In this document: in pieces, positions 27,234 through 41,600 of the stretch
Position numbering within the stretch: position 1 is the first letter of the stretch
Layout of the letters: every line of letters starts with the position of its first letter
Assembly (NCBI GenBank): GCA_903813345.2
Contig: CAIIXF020000001.1
Location: forward strand, 47,430,001-47,494,000
Direction of reading: 5' to 3'
Source of the DNA: Owenia fusiformis
Taxonomy: Eukaryota
DNA: 64,000 nt
Position numbers and translations under genes: made by a program
The notes under the pieces: generated by a model
Databases searched by the model: none
What the model saw: the letters and a program-made list of their open reading frames with translations, nothing else
What the model was told of the DNA's origin: nothing

Positions 27234-28544
27234 TTAACTGCAATATGTCAGATATCCGATATTGTCATTGTGTTGTCGTATCCCTGAAATCAGAGTTCCA
27301 TTTTTAGAATGATATGTGAAATATGCCTGTATCGCCCATGGGGGAACACTAAAAGCATATAATTAAGAAATATAACCAGACACAATATTATAACATATTT
27401 CTATGTCTCTAGTATAGTTAGGGACCAATAAAACTCTGACCTGTTGAGCATACGCTTCGGAATTTGTTTTAGCAAAAAGATACCCTCATAATAAAAATAA
27501 ATGAAAACCGTGATAAAGGTGGATCTATATCGGCCAAGAGCATCAATTACGCCTTCCCCATTATTGAGCATTATAAATCTGTGCATTATAAACACGATGT
27601 TTCTCCATACAAACCACGGAAATGCATTTAGTTGATCAATGTTCATCACCAATTTGCGAACTATAGTAAATAATATTAGCACTAATGGTTGGTCTATTAT
27701 GATCGTCCCAAGGGGTAAAACCTGAGCCGACGATTGGATCAATATCGCAACACACCCAACAGATGCCTGTGCCGAGAACTAGCCTAACTGCCATCATTCT
27801 AGCATAAACTTTTGAAAAAGTTTAGAATATTTTAGTTTTTCAAGTTGTTTATATTATATAGTTTTCAGAAAAATGAATTTTTCGGAATTATTGCAGGAGC
27901 GTTACCCTGTAGACTTTCAAGACGTTTTGTACTACAATTAAAAAATAATCTTGATTTTCAAATGAAGATTTGGTGCTAAAAATTATTTTATCATTATAAG
28001 GCATCCATGGCTGAACGACCCCTTCCAACCCATTATTTCCATAACATGGGATTGACATTGGTTAAAAACATAATTGTATAATATAAATATACTGCTTGAA
28101 TAGTTTTGATGATTATGTCATTTCGGAATGTTCAGAAACTCTTGTTGCCGCATCATTTTTGAAACAAAAATATATTTGATGTTATATTTTCAAATAGGAT
28201 GCTCAATATTCAGAATCTCCTTAATTTTGGTATGCGCCACTAAAATCGTATCCGACTGATATGACGTAACATCAAATCGTATCGTATTCATTAGTTTTGA
28301 ATTTAGCGCCGAAAATTGTTTGACAAATAGCAGCCTTGCCTAATTGCACTTCAAGAATATAGTTCCAAACATTATGTGTTCATTAAAATGATTTAAATGT
28401 TTTCATGCAATCACTTTATTCGGTTTAGGACTCGAACACAATGAAAAAAACTAGAATTGAATTGTTTTCTAAACCAAGGTGAAAAATTAAATGTGATGTG
28501 CCATTCTCCGAAGGATTTGGATAATTTCAATTATCTGCAACCAT

Positions 28545-28704
28545 AGGATAAATAAAATATCCTATGATATTCTCGGGCTATTATTTTATCCACTCATGAA
28601 TATCACCCATCTCCACTTATTCGCTGCGCTCGCTCGTGGATATGGGTTATATCCACTCATGGATAAAATGATATTCCTCAAAAATCATAGGACATCCTCT
28701 ATAT
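28545..28704. mobile_element. Hairpin unit of the bipartite family
   Basis: atatcctatga ... tcgctgcgctcgctcgtgga ... tcataggacatcctctatat; homologous to 10121-10270, 30075-30238 and 35258-35424. Confidence 0.7.
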
Positions 28705-30074
28705 ATTTACTCTATGTCATGGTCATAACCAGTAGATAGACGAGGGAACTTTATACTCAATAAGAATAACCGAACATCATTTATTCCACAGTTTTTGATC
28801 TGAATAATATATGGTATTTCAGTAAAACTTAAGTGAGGCAATTGCTCCGTCTACCTGGCTACCTCACACCTGGCTACGACCTGGATGTAGTCAATAAACA
28901 AGTGAAAGTCTGAATTGGGGCATGTGTATTAGCCATTTTATCATCGTGATAGATCATATATTACTCTTGATACTCTATCAACAGTATATATAGTAGTGTT
29001 TGAGTGCAATAATACTCGTTAGTTATTGCCTCCAATAAAACAATACCAGATACTCGATCAGCTAGACAGCTTAACAGACACGCAGGTGTGTCAAATAAAT
29101 CAGGGGTATCCATATGTCATCGAATGCAAAAATCAGAAAAATAGCATGATTTGCATGAAGTTACTACCAGACCTTATGTGATGAGGTCTAAGTTACATGA
29201 ATTATTTGACTCAACATGAACATCTTTCATGAGTTGAAACTCACACGTGATTAGATATTCCCTACCCTGCGCGCAGAGTCTAGTTATAAACTACATTAAC
29301 GACGAAGCTCTCTTTTCAGAAGTGAAGTCAAACGAATGCAAGGGTAGATCTTCCCATAATGTGCGAAAGAACAGTACAAAATGAGGCGAGTTATGACATC
29401 TTCTATTTTTGGTGCGAATTCATAATCTATCGATATCCGGTATAACAGGACATTTACATGACATGTCCTGTCATTTCCCTAAATGGCATCACCCATTTAC
29501 ACTCAGTATTAGAGCCAAATAACTATAGAGTATTCGTTGCCATTGTAACCATTGACCATTGCCATTGGCCACAATCCGAAATGTGGATAACGCGTTGAGT
29601 TATATATTGTTTAAATATGAGTCAATCTGTCATATCAAGCCTTCACTTTGTAACAAACGGTTAGAATTGTCTCATAATTGTTACCATGGTAACATATATT
29701 GCCAAAATCTTAACACTATTGCACTTTTTCGGTTATTATACAACACTCCTTGAAAAAATGCTATGTTAGAAAAACCTTCGAATATGTCCTCAAGTTCTCT
29801 ATTGTTATGGTAACATACCAAGGTCTCCCAAAATGATACCAAATTGAACAGCAAAAATCTCTTTTTATCCTTTGGATACTAAATAGTACATGGTTAGACA
29901 AATAACAGTCTTGTCTGAATGAACTAATTTTAATGTTTTCATGCAATCACATTGTATAAAACCAGATGTTTTTCTTGAAGAGTTTTTGACATTTCGAAAT
30001 CAATGTTAAAAATACGTTTGCCCAAAGAATTTGTTTAGATAATTATTAGTAAGACTAGTACTCCCAGTGGATAA

Positions 30075-30238
30075 ATAGGATATACTATGATTTTCTCGTG
30101 CTATTCATTTCCATCCACTCGTGGATACCACCCATCTAGCTGCACTCACTTGCTACACTCACTCGTAGAGATGGCCTATATCCACTTTAATGAATATCCA
30201 AAAATAATACCTTCAAAATCATAGAATATCCTCTATTT
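30075..30238. mobile_element. Hairpin unit of the bipartite family
   Basis: ggatatactatgatttt ... ttgctacactcactcgt ... aaaatcatagaatatcctctat. Confidence 0.65.
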
Positions 30239-33200
30239 CTTTTATCAAAAAAGCTGATAAAAATAATTCATATTCTAATATTTTGAAATATGAAGGCGAC
30301 TAGATGATTGTCATTAGTCTCCTACTTCGTGATTTCATTTCCAACGTTCGGAGTACTCGACATCTGGAAACAACGTTGATTAGATGAAAAGATACGTGTA
30401 TGGCGTAATTGTTAATCAATCAACTTCTATTTACACATTCCTTTCTTATAAATGAATAATAATGTCAACATTAATAACTATTGGCAATTCATTACGGTGT
30501 AAATACCTTACCGCATATGTAAATCTTCATATTTAATAACCCCTGATATGTCATAAGAATTATGTTTTAGGGGTAATCAAAATTTTTACAATTATAGCTT
30601 AGGGGGTATGTTTTTATAAAAGAAAACAAAAGTTGTTTTACTCATATCTGTTACAATATGTTATAGCAAAACAGTTGGCTTCGTCGCATGGACCTCGTCG
30701 CTATGGAAAAAGCCCCCTCGCCAACATCGATAAACATTCGAATGACCAGCACAATATTGACATTTCACTGGTCAAAGTCCTAAACACGAACACATTATCT
30801 AGTAGCAAATTTTAGTATTCAACCTCGATTATGGATGATTTCTTTTTTGTTCGACAATGGCAAGGTTATTGAAATTCTATGAAAACATCGTCTACAGTTT
30901 GTCTTCAATTAAACCTTTGTACCTTTATACTTCCTTTATTGCTTTTTTGTTGGGAATGTTTAAAATAGCTGTATATCGCTCTGACGTACAGCTGAACTAC
31001 ATTTCGTACTTAGGCCTAATTGAATTGTTCGATCTGTACATTTACTTGCGACTGGCATGGACTATTGAATAAAATGGTAACTTTTTCTTCATATTGGTGG
31101 TACCTTAACTACCATTTCCAATCGAATTGATCTCGCTTCTAGAAAAGGTAGCTAATGTTAATCTACAAAAAGGCTTTTACAAGGACATAACTTGGCGTAT
31201 TGTACATAATGCCCAAATTACAAAATGACATTTATATCTTATCTACATTCAATTTGTTAAATAAATACAAATATCATACCTGCTGTACACACCACGTTAG
31301 TTTCATATAGATGTATAATTGAAATCATTCTGTTTTTCCAGTGAGATGATACTTTTTCTATGAAAGAACATTATCCAATATAGCCATATAATATGTTAGC
31401 GTATATATACGATTTCTGTATTAATTCTGCTTTCTAATTACAACTGAACTGAGATAACCACGCTGTGTATTTGTAAATATATACTGGTTTGTATCCAGAG
31501 CCAATTGTACCTGTCCAGAGATGCCTACTGTTGGCTGTTTAATAATACCAGAAACAATAGCACTAGCGTCTGGTTATATCGCACACCTATTGATCTACAT
31601 CTAAACATTCCTGCTTTGCCATTATGTACTTGTACATACTTACTTCTATCCTAGAGATTCAATCCATAGGCTTGTCTGGCCGTGGAATTTTCTATTTCAT
31701 ATCATAGTGTCCTTATCGTTTAAGTAGCAGGTACACGGTTCATGTTGCTAGGTCAATAACATCTTTAATTGTGTGCACTTTTTATAGGCTGACAAAAAAG
31801 GCTGACAAAAAGGCTTATAATACGTATATTACATGCTAACATTTCTGATTCAATAGATTTTTTGCCGTATCTTAGGGATTAACATACTCTAAAATTGTCT
31901 AATAGATATTCCCATGACAATCGACCGTCTTGCTTAATGAATTAAATAACGTCTTTCTACCGTTTTCCATCTTTTCTGAATTCCTCATTTAGCAAATTGA
32001 AGGAAGTAACACAAATAGCCAATATTCGATGAAATCATGCATGTCATTGTTTAGACAGATGCTCGACGAATTACAATAAATGGATAATGCCATACAGTTC
32101 CACCTTTATAGATTCCCTTGCAAGAAGGCTCATCGCAGTTATGGAAATGGTCATATGACGTTATTCATTTTGAGATAAGATAATACTCAAGAAAAAATGA
32201 TAATAACAAGATTGATGAGAGCTTAGACAATACACGTTAAACATACAATAAAACGACATCGCCACACAAGCCCATCCTTTCCCACTCGGAGAGGTACATT
32301 GAATGATACAACCATATTATTGTTCAGATACTTGAAGGTACAATATAAACAAAGCCGTCACATAATATAATAATCAACATAAATACGAACATTATCCTGT
32401 GATAGATGTATAACTGAAAATTTCTTCGACCACGCCATTGACTGAAACCAAAGACATTCACCATTCGATTTTCTTGTTAAATAACTAAAGAGATAACAAG
32501 AAGATTCGCATATATTGAATCAAAGTGGACATCATAGGGCAGTGTATGCTTCTCTTTTACTTGATATGTTGTATGTGTCTAAGTAAGAACCTTGTCGATA
32601 GCTACCTAGTATCCATTCCCATTAAAACAACATATAAGGGGGATTAACGATAAATCTATGGTTAATCTATAATGTTATCAGGCTACTATAGAAACCGGTG
32701 TAATGAAATGATAAATACCTATAAAGGAAGTGTTGAAACAGTTCTCTTCAAGTTTTCAATTTCACTACAAGTCGATATGTTATCCTATTTAACTTTTCCT
32801 AATAATCATGGAACGGCATATTTAGTCAATGTAATCTAAAGGAAATAATTATTCAAAAATATTATACAAGGCATTAACATGCAAAATGTCACCACCTGCC
32901 ATTTGTCAAAGACGCCGCACGCCTAACACCAACCACCGCCTTAAAAAATTGTAGACTATAGCAGTATGTCACCACTTGTGGTGGTGAAGTGGTGACATAA
33001 AAATGAAGATATTTTGATAAAACATTACTTGATTTCCTACGAGAATAAAATATGTTGCGCTTGATAGAGAGTTTACAAAAAGGCACAGCAAAACATTGTA
33101 TTCAGGAACGCATTTAGTTTGTCACTTTTTTATATTATTGTATATACATTGAGGGGACATATCCTCGATTCCCATTGGATTCTAGCACTTTGATCACTAA

Positions 33201-33405
33201 GATCTCTAGAACGGGATACGCGTAACATTTATCATAATTCAAATGAAGTATTGTACTTGAGATAATTCTATGATAATGCTATTTTGTGTATATTATGCGA
33301 TTTTAATCATATCAATAGTCAAATTATGATGACAAATACAATGTGCTTGGAACTATATCGCCCTTTCAACCTTCAAGGCGACATTGATCTAAAATGATGA
33401 CCTTG

Positions 33406-33730
33406 ACATCTCCATGGTCACAACATTGCAAGGATGACCTTCAGTGAGCCTAAAACTGCAAATAACTGCACTTTCACCGTTCTAACTCCACAGAAAGGCA
33501 AAGGTCTGCAGTTCCGCCGAGTTCGAGCCCACGTCCAGGAAAGAATTGCTTGTTGTGAACTGAACTGAACTGAACTGAACATCTCCATGGTCACAACATT
33601 GCAAGGATGACCTTCAGTGAGCCTAAAACTGCAAATAACTGCATTTTCACCGTTTTAACTTCACAGAAAGGCAAACGACTGCAGTTACCCCGAGTTCGAG
33701 CCCACGCTCAGGCAAGAATTGCTTGTTGTG
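33406..33730. repeat. Direct duplication of ~150 bp separated by a (GAACT)n microsatellite
   Basis: acatctccatggtcacaac...gcttgttgtg starts at 33406 and again at 33579 (period 173). Confidence 0.9.
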
Positions 33731-35257
33731 TTAGGAAATTCAGGGTGTTTGACCGAGTGGTCTTCAATAACTTCAACAGTTTGTGGTGTGTTGTGTGGTG
33801 CGTGGCAATAGTAGATGCTGTGCTGAACATCAGTTTCACAGTTTCATTACAAAGTGGTGGTCAATAATTACTTTTCAGTAAGCGTTTAGTGTTTCAGTTG
33901 CTGCGCTTGCGTCATACAAGGTGATATCAATGACAAAGGGTTTCTTATTTGAGGGGTTCCAACTTCTCTTTCATGGTTACATATGTAAACTTACGGCCAG
34001 TTTAATAGAGATCACATGTTTACACACAATTCAAGTGATATTTTCACCTTTGTGGTAAACGAAATACAATACAAAACAAAACAATCACCGTCTGGAGGGA
34101 TTACTTCCGAGTGAATATTCGCGCATCTGATCTCACCGGTGTCATTATTTGGACTAGCTAACCATAGTGTTTCTCCTAGAAGCCAATAAACACGCTGAGT
34201 AATAATCAAGATTCCACGATGGTTAAAATATATACCTGCAATTAATGTATTTTATTTAATAAGTCCAAAGGTCATCATGTAAACCTTGTTAAGACCTGGC
34301 TATTGTGCGCTGGAATAAGTAAATGATTTGCGAAAACTCGTTACAGTCATTAACAAGATGAATCGGGAAAACACATCATACGTTACGTTCGTACGTAATT
34401 ATAATGTAATTGCAACGCTACACTTCCAAGTGATCGCGACATCTTACCTAAATTATTTATAAATCATTTTTGTTTGAACTGAATCAACTGATAGCTATGG
34501 CTACACGCAATGCTTCTGCTTCATACATACCTGTATTTGAAGTAAGGTAGTTAGTGATATATGTGGGTTTGTTTCTGAAATCAAAGTCCAATTTCATGTC
34601 CATAAATTACTTTATAATCCATAATGTAATAACGTTTTGGTTTCAGCATTCACTTTCGTATCGACTCCGCTATTCAAGCCTTATGAATATAGAGCTAAAC
34701 GTTAGCTATCAATAGGTGCCTATACAAGTTAGTTTCTAGGACTACATAGATCCTAATGTACACACCATTCTTACGCATAATATACTTGCTTTTGTAAAGG
34801 TACTTTCTTCAAATATTTAATTAAGACGGGACTTGGTTTACAATGTCAGTAATGTTTAGTGCTCTTTTAGGACTACTGTTTATTCTTCCAGACGTGACTT
34901 CGGTAGGGTTGGCATACGCTGTTTTGCAATTACTGTTTATCGCATTGAAAATATGCATTAAATATTTATCGCAATTAACGTTACCACGTTATGAGAGCAA
35001 AATTGGTCGCGATGAAGCAATCGATGCAAAGTTTGAATGCTTTTGCAAAATATCTATAAATAACGTAAATTGTTCAATTTGTTGATGGAAACAAAAGTCA
35101 GTCACTAGTTCATAGGGTCTCAACGTACTACCCATCATTTTAAACCAGTGTGTTCCTTCAGTCATATGGCCATGGATTCCTTGATGGATCAAGATTCGTA
35201 TTACCGAGCCACCGTGTCTCCACAACAATATGGCCTGCCTTCCGGTAACAAGTTCTC

Positions 35258-35424
35258 GTAGGATATTTATAGGATATCGTATGATTTTGAGGAATATCAT
35301 TTTTATCTACGAGGTGATATTGATATCTGCACGAGAGAGCATAGCGAACGAGTGCATATATCAATATCACCGAGTAGATTAAAAAGATATTCTGAAAAAA
35401 TCATCGGATGTTCTTATTATCCTA
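35258..35424. mobile_element. Hairpin unit of the bipartite family (reverse orientation)
   Basis: tgatattgatatctgcacgagagagcatagcgaacgagtgcatatatcaatatca core; ends ggatgttcttattatcctac. Confidence 0.65.
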
Positions 35425-36473
35425 CACTTACAAGGAGTGTACTCAATGGTACTAAATGTATTTATCATTGCAAAATGAATTTCATGCCAAATGGAGTCAA
35501 TTTATATAGTCAAAATATATTGTAGTATTTCTTTGTTCCACTTTGATTTCTTTCGTGTTTTGCATTTCAGCAGCCATCCTGCAGCAAAAATGATACCAGT
35601 ATGAGGATTGCTTGTCTGATGGCATTTTCTTAGAATTTGACATGTGCGGCCATTGTCATATGTGACATTATAATTAAAACGCAATTAATTGGTTGCCTAG
35701 TAACAAAGGAAGTAAACTTACATGGTTTAACATTCAAAATTCAAAGAAATATAGTGGTCAAGACTTGCGAAACAAGAAAAATGGCGGTAACATTTAGGGC
35801 TGAAAGTTGCCATGTGCGAATACCGTTCCGGGTGGCAGGGTCGCTGTATTAAAAACTATCTAGAAAACTATACAAAATATATCATTTCTCCATGAAATTA
35901 ATACACAAAGTAGTTAGGTTGTTGGTCTTTATTATTGGAAAGTTTAAAGTTATTTTATCAAAAACCAACAAAAATAGAGCAGGGCGTCCAAGACTTTTGG
36001 ATCACCCCTCGTAGCAGTTCTTTTTCATCCATCTGTATTTTGCCAAGGCTCAAATGATAACAAAATGTAACAAGTCCACTTATTTGGTTGCCTTGGTAAT
36101 AGATATTGGCAGAAATGTGTTGGAACTCATGCCATGTTTGTATATTTTCACAGTAAAGAAGTCAGTCTGAACTGCAGTCGTAAATAAGTTAAAAATCTGT
36201 CACTGACGCTGAACGTCGAATACCGTCCATAAACGTTGGAGAACTTAACAAGACTATAACTTCTGGTGGTGACATAACAATGTGCAGCAAAATTTAGTTG
36301 TGACAAAATGGACGTAGAAAATCGAAAATTGCCGCATCTCTTTACCAGATTGATTTACATGCTTGGTCTATAAAAGACCCCATCTAAATATGTTTTTTTC
36401 ATTCATTTTCTACTTTTCATAACATTAAACGTTTTTTGAAAAAAAATTTAAATGAAATTTTTTTTCAGATTTT

Positions 36474-37241
36474 CTATTGTTGTTGCAGTCCTAAATGCAT
36501 ATATAAAGCAGATGACTGTCTATTGCTGTACTGCAGTCCTAAATGCATATATAAAGCAGATGACTGTCTATTGCTGTACTGCAGTCCTAAATGTATATAT
36601 AATGCAGATGATTGTCTATTGTTGTACTGCTGTCCTAAATGTATATATAAGGCAGATGACTGTCTATTGTTGTACTGCAGTTCTAAATGTATATATAAGG
36701 CAGATGACTCTCTATTGCTGTACTGCAGTCCTAAATGTATATATAATGCAGATGATTGTCTATTGTTGTACTGCTGTCCTAAATGTATATATAAGGCAGA
36801 TGACTGTCTATTGTTGTACTGCAGTCCTAAATGTATATATAAGGCAGATGACTCTCTATTGTTGTACTGCAGCCCTAAATGTATATATAAGGCAGATGAC
36901 TGGTTATTGTTCTACTGCTGTCCTAAATGTATCTAATGCAGATGACTGTCTATTGTTGTACTGCTGTCCTAAATGTATCAAAGGCAGATGGCTGTCTATT
37001 GCTATACTGCAGGCCTAAATGTATATAGAAAGCAGATGACTGTCTATTGTTGTACTGCAGTCCTAAATGCATCTAATGCAGATGACTGTTTATTGTTGTA
37101 CTGCTGTCCTAAATGTATCTAATGCAGATGACTGTCTATTGTTGTACTGCAGCCCTAAATGTATATATAAAGCAGATGACTGTCTATTGTTGTACTGCAG
37201 TTCTAAATGTATCTAATACAGATGACTGTCTATTGTTGTAC
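36474..37241. repeat. 48-bp minisatellite (~16 copies, with 44-bp variants distally)
   Basis: Unit ctgcagtcctaaatgtatatataaggcagatgactgtctattgttgta; it generates the repetitive ORFs 36436-36936 and 36452-37018. Confidence 0.97.
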
Positions 37242-37562
37242 TTAAGAGATTATTTGTCACGATGTACTTTACTATTGGTACCATACCACCAGATGATGCG
37301 GGTTGTGATCTTTACAAAATTATTCAGTTTTGTTGAGTCATTTTCAATGGATTTCTAGACATCAGGCGCTTTCGCGACAATCGTAACCGTTGTTTCCCGC
37401 TCCTAGCGAATCAGTCAAAAGTTTATTTACAACCAGTTTCAAATATCCCATCGTCAGATTGCTATCTGCTTCGTATTCTTCTATTTTAGTTGTACTTAAT
37501 GATAGGGTCTCGATTTCGACATATCCGCACTTTTATCTACAATAACTTGATTGGTCAATCTG

Positions 37563-37980
37563 GACTAGATGCGAGTAGAAATAATCTTTACTTACGTCAT
37601 TAAATATTCGAAATTCAGTCAAAGTGATGTCATATTTGAAATCTACATGTAAAAGTACATCTAGAAATATGGTTTCGAAAATTGTTTATCAACTTTGAAA
37701 ATATAATTTTTTTCTAGTTCGGGTTGATTCCCCATAGACCCCATGTTACAAAATCACAAAAACTGAAATAATTGTTCTTGTATTAGACAGATATCATTTT
37801 CTTTAACTGGAGATATTTTAATTTGCATTACTATTAGATACATAAAGGGTGATATGAGATATGAAAATCGAGCCACTAAAACAGATTTAATTTAAGTTAA
37901 AGGGAACTTTCTACTATACCCGCCATGCTATCAGACCCGAACGAGCCACCTAGTGGTGAAACTGGTAACTACCTACTCGC
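37563..37980. repeat. Dispersed ~420-bp repeat, copy 1 (copy 2 is 41611-41688 plus 42727-43045)
   Basis: gactagatgcgagtagaaataatctt ... tactatacccgccatgctatc.gacccgaacga ... actggtaactacctact occurs twice in direct orientation. Confidence 0.85.
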
Positions 37981-38690
37981 TTGTGCGTTATTGGCAATTG
38001 GTTAATGATTGGTCAGTTATCTAAATTCTTTATTCTAAAATGAAATTAAGATAACAAGGGAAACATATGCATGCTTTTAGAAGATTTCAACATTTTAGGT
38101 GACCCTACGTATGTACAACAGAACAGCCATTGTATATTATATTCGGGAGACGTGCGATAATCAAATAAATTTCGGTTTACAGAAAATTCCAGTATTTACC
38201 TCCAAGGAAATGTTGTTTGATGATTTAATTGAAATCTCAAGAAAATCGCTATGTTTACAATTTTTCTATTGTTCACATTATTTGGATTCACGTGGAAAAT
38301 AAAAGTTTACCTGACCATGTCTGTTGTAGCGACAACGTATGCAAAGATATGAGAGGCAACGTTTTGAAAGTTTATTTCGTCAATTCCGAAAAAGAATGAA
38401 TCAAGCTCTGTTTAAAAAGCAATATACGAAGTAAGTAAACTATGATCTATATCTTTTTTAATTTTGTTACTTCAATTTAAAATCTCGTCATTTTATAACT
38501 AGAAATTGGAAATAATCATGCTTATTCCTAAAAAATTATACTTTTGTAGGAGCGGATGTGGTATGCATTCAGAATGCATCAGTTAGGAAATGAAAATCAA
38601 AGTTCTTTACTTAGAATCAAGCTTATTTCAGTTATCGAATTTATTCATTCCATTTTCAGCTCTTAAATAAGATACCTGAGACATAAAGCG

Positions 38691-41600
38691 ATGGGTTCTG
38701 GTGCAAAGGCAACCGCGTCACGAAAATTCATGCTTGTATTTAATAATGCTTTTCTGGTAAGTGTTGCTTATTAATACAACAGTATCCACCAACACACGGC
38801 ATCTTTCCCATTTTTTCTCATTTGGTTGAAGAAAATAAGTTACGGCTATAGTTTAAGCCCTGGACTCAGTTCAGATCTGACTGATTCATTCCTTCGAGTG
38901 TGAAGTTTAGGAAATAACGCCTAAGTGGAATGAATCAGAATGCATTAAGGTCTTTGCATCAAACATAGAACTTAAGTTCTTTTCACACATTGCAAAATAT
39001 TTTCTACAAAATCACCTATGAGAAAGTGAAAGTTTTCGCAAGGATCAAGTTTGCAAAGCATTAATTTCAATATCAAGTTTCAACGAATGACCTTATGTGA
39101 ATTATTGGTTATAAAATGCAGTGCAGATATATGAAATACTTTGGATTGACTGGAATCGGACACATCTTTCTTAGCTATGTGTGATATATCGATAGCACAG
39201 TCAACCTATTTTAAAGCAAGAAGAGGGGTTGCTTTAGATGCATTCCACCACCAAATGAAAACCTACAACGAAATATTAAAACCAACGTTTGGTACATTTG
39301 GACATATATTGTTCGGAGTTCGATATACCTTATATGTCAAATTATCGTATATGCGGTTAGATCTACAATTATTTAGTGTAGTGTCATTTCAAAAAATGAG
39401 CAAACGGTAATTGCATCAGTATTGTCATTTGAACGTTATTATATATGCAGATATCCAAGGTGTCATCTCTAATCTTAGCAATCGTAAAGCAACGGGTGTA
39501 GACCAAATACCAAATGAATTCATTAAATATTCTAAAGATACTTTAATCAAACCATTATTAGATCTCTTTACCCTTATTAAAATGTATGAAACCATTCCAG
39601 ATGAATGGAAATATGGCTTATTGAAACCCTTGCACAAATGTGGCGATTTAGAAACGCTTGATAATTATAGAGGGATAACGATCACATCTAATGTTTACAA
39701 AGTCTTCTCAAGCCTTATAGAATCGAAAATGATGTCATACCTTCAGGAAAATAACCTCCTTGGCAATCTACAAGGCGCTTTCCAAAAAGGACATCGCTTA
39801 GAAAATCATATTTTTACTCTGAAAGGAATATGTGGTATCCGTAAATCACAGCGTTTAAAGACTTATTTAGCTTTTATCGACATCTCAAAAGCCTTTGATG
39901 TCTTGGATAGAGATATGCTTTTTATAAAATTATGGGAAAAGGGCATACACGGTAAACTTTGGAGAACTCTCAGACACCTATACTCTAATGTTCAAAACAA
40001 AGTTATTTTTGGCAATTTTTGCACTGACTGGTTTGAATCTGATGTTGGTGTCAAGCAAGGATGCATTCTCTCTCCAACTCTCTTTTTAATTGTGATGTCA
40101 GACCTTGAAAACAGCTTGATGAAAACTAATCTCGGTGTTAATCTTGATAATGAGCGTATTCCATGCTTGCTATTTGCTGATGACATTGTTCTCTTAGGAA
40201 AAGATGAAAACGATTTGAAAATGCTTCTCCAAACTGTAAATACTTTTGGTATTAAATGGGGCTTTAAATTCAGTAGGAAAAAATCAAAAATTATGGTGAT
40301 AGGAAAGCACATTGACCGTGAAAAGATCTGGAAATTGGGCGATCTTAACCTAACCGAGGTGACTGATTATAAATATCTTGGTTATATGTTTCATAAAAAC
40401 CTAAGAGACTCACATCATATTAATAATTTTGTGAAGGAAAAGGCACGTAAAATGTATAATTATACCTCAGCAACCCTTACAAAACATTGCAATGTCAATC
40501 GAATTGAATTTGGAAACACTATATACAAGTCAATGCTCGAACCAGCGATACTTCACAGCTGCTCAATATGGTCTACCCTAACGAAAGAATCAAATAAAAC
40601 CCTTAAGTCTATCCAATATAGAGCAGCTCAAGCAGTACTTCAATTAAAATGCAAACCTGCCCACTCCGCTTTGATTGGAGATCTTGGTTGGAGCCCTATA
40701 TGTGGAATTTATGAAAAACGCCTTATTGATTATTTTATATATCTAAAGTACAAAGCTTGTAAGACTTCCCTCTCACATAAAATATTTTGCTCGCTCATGA
40801 AGCGCTTTGAACAAGATAATGAAGCTTCGTGGAAGTATGTATCTAATGTTAAAGAATTACTGTGTAAACGAGGTCTCGATGATGTAATTTATAGAAGAGA
40901 TTGTGATTGGTATGACAACTATTTGTCTATTTGCAAGGATGAATATGTTAATGAGTTTCACTCTAGTATTAAGGAATATAGCTCCTTAAAATTTTATTCA
41001 AAAATCAAGAAACACACTAATTTAGAGAACTACCTGAAACAAAACAATGACTTCTATGGATCAAAGCTCAAATTCTTAGCAAAATGTAACAAATTTGCTC
41101 TTTATTCCAATTATGAATCACAAAGAAAGACAGATGGAAAATGCATATTATGTAAAGATAATGTAGATGACTCTATCCAGCACAGACTTGTAGAATGTTA
41201 TTTCTTTAACAAAGAAAGAACACACTTCTATTGTAAGTTACTAGACAAATGCAATGAGAATGTGTTTAATTATTTTATATCCTGTACCTCAGAAAATAAA
41301 CTCTATTTTATGTTAGGTGGTGATGTTCTCAGTCAATGGGGGCACGATCAATTTTATATTGTAGATGGACTGGTAAAACAGTTTTTAACAAAGATCTTTA
41401 AACCTGACTTATAAGAACGATTTTAGATATTTTAATGATCGTGTATGTATTTTGACTGTAGACGCACCTAAATACTTTTAGTGTGCCACTGATTTAAAAG
41501 TGTACGTCTAAATAATAAATAAATAAATAAATAATATAGATTAACACTTCCCATGTTCTCTTTTTTGATAACGTAAACAACAGTTACAAGTTGCAAGTTG

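Noticed and set aside
36436..37358. Cys-rich repetitive ORFs (CSPKCIYKADDCLLLY)n
   Set aside because: A by-product of a 48-bp minisatellite that is open in two frames; 44-bp variant units break the frame.
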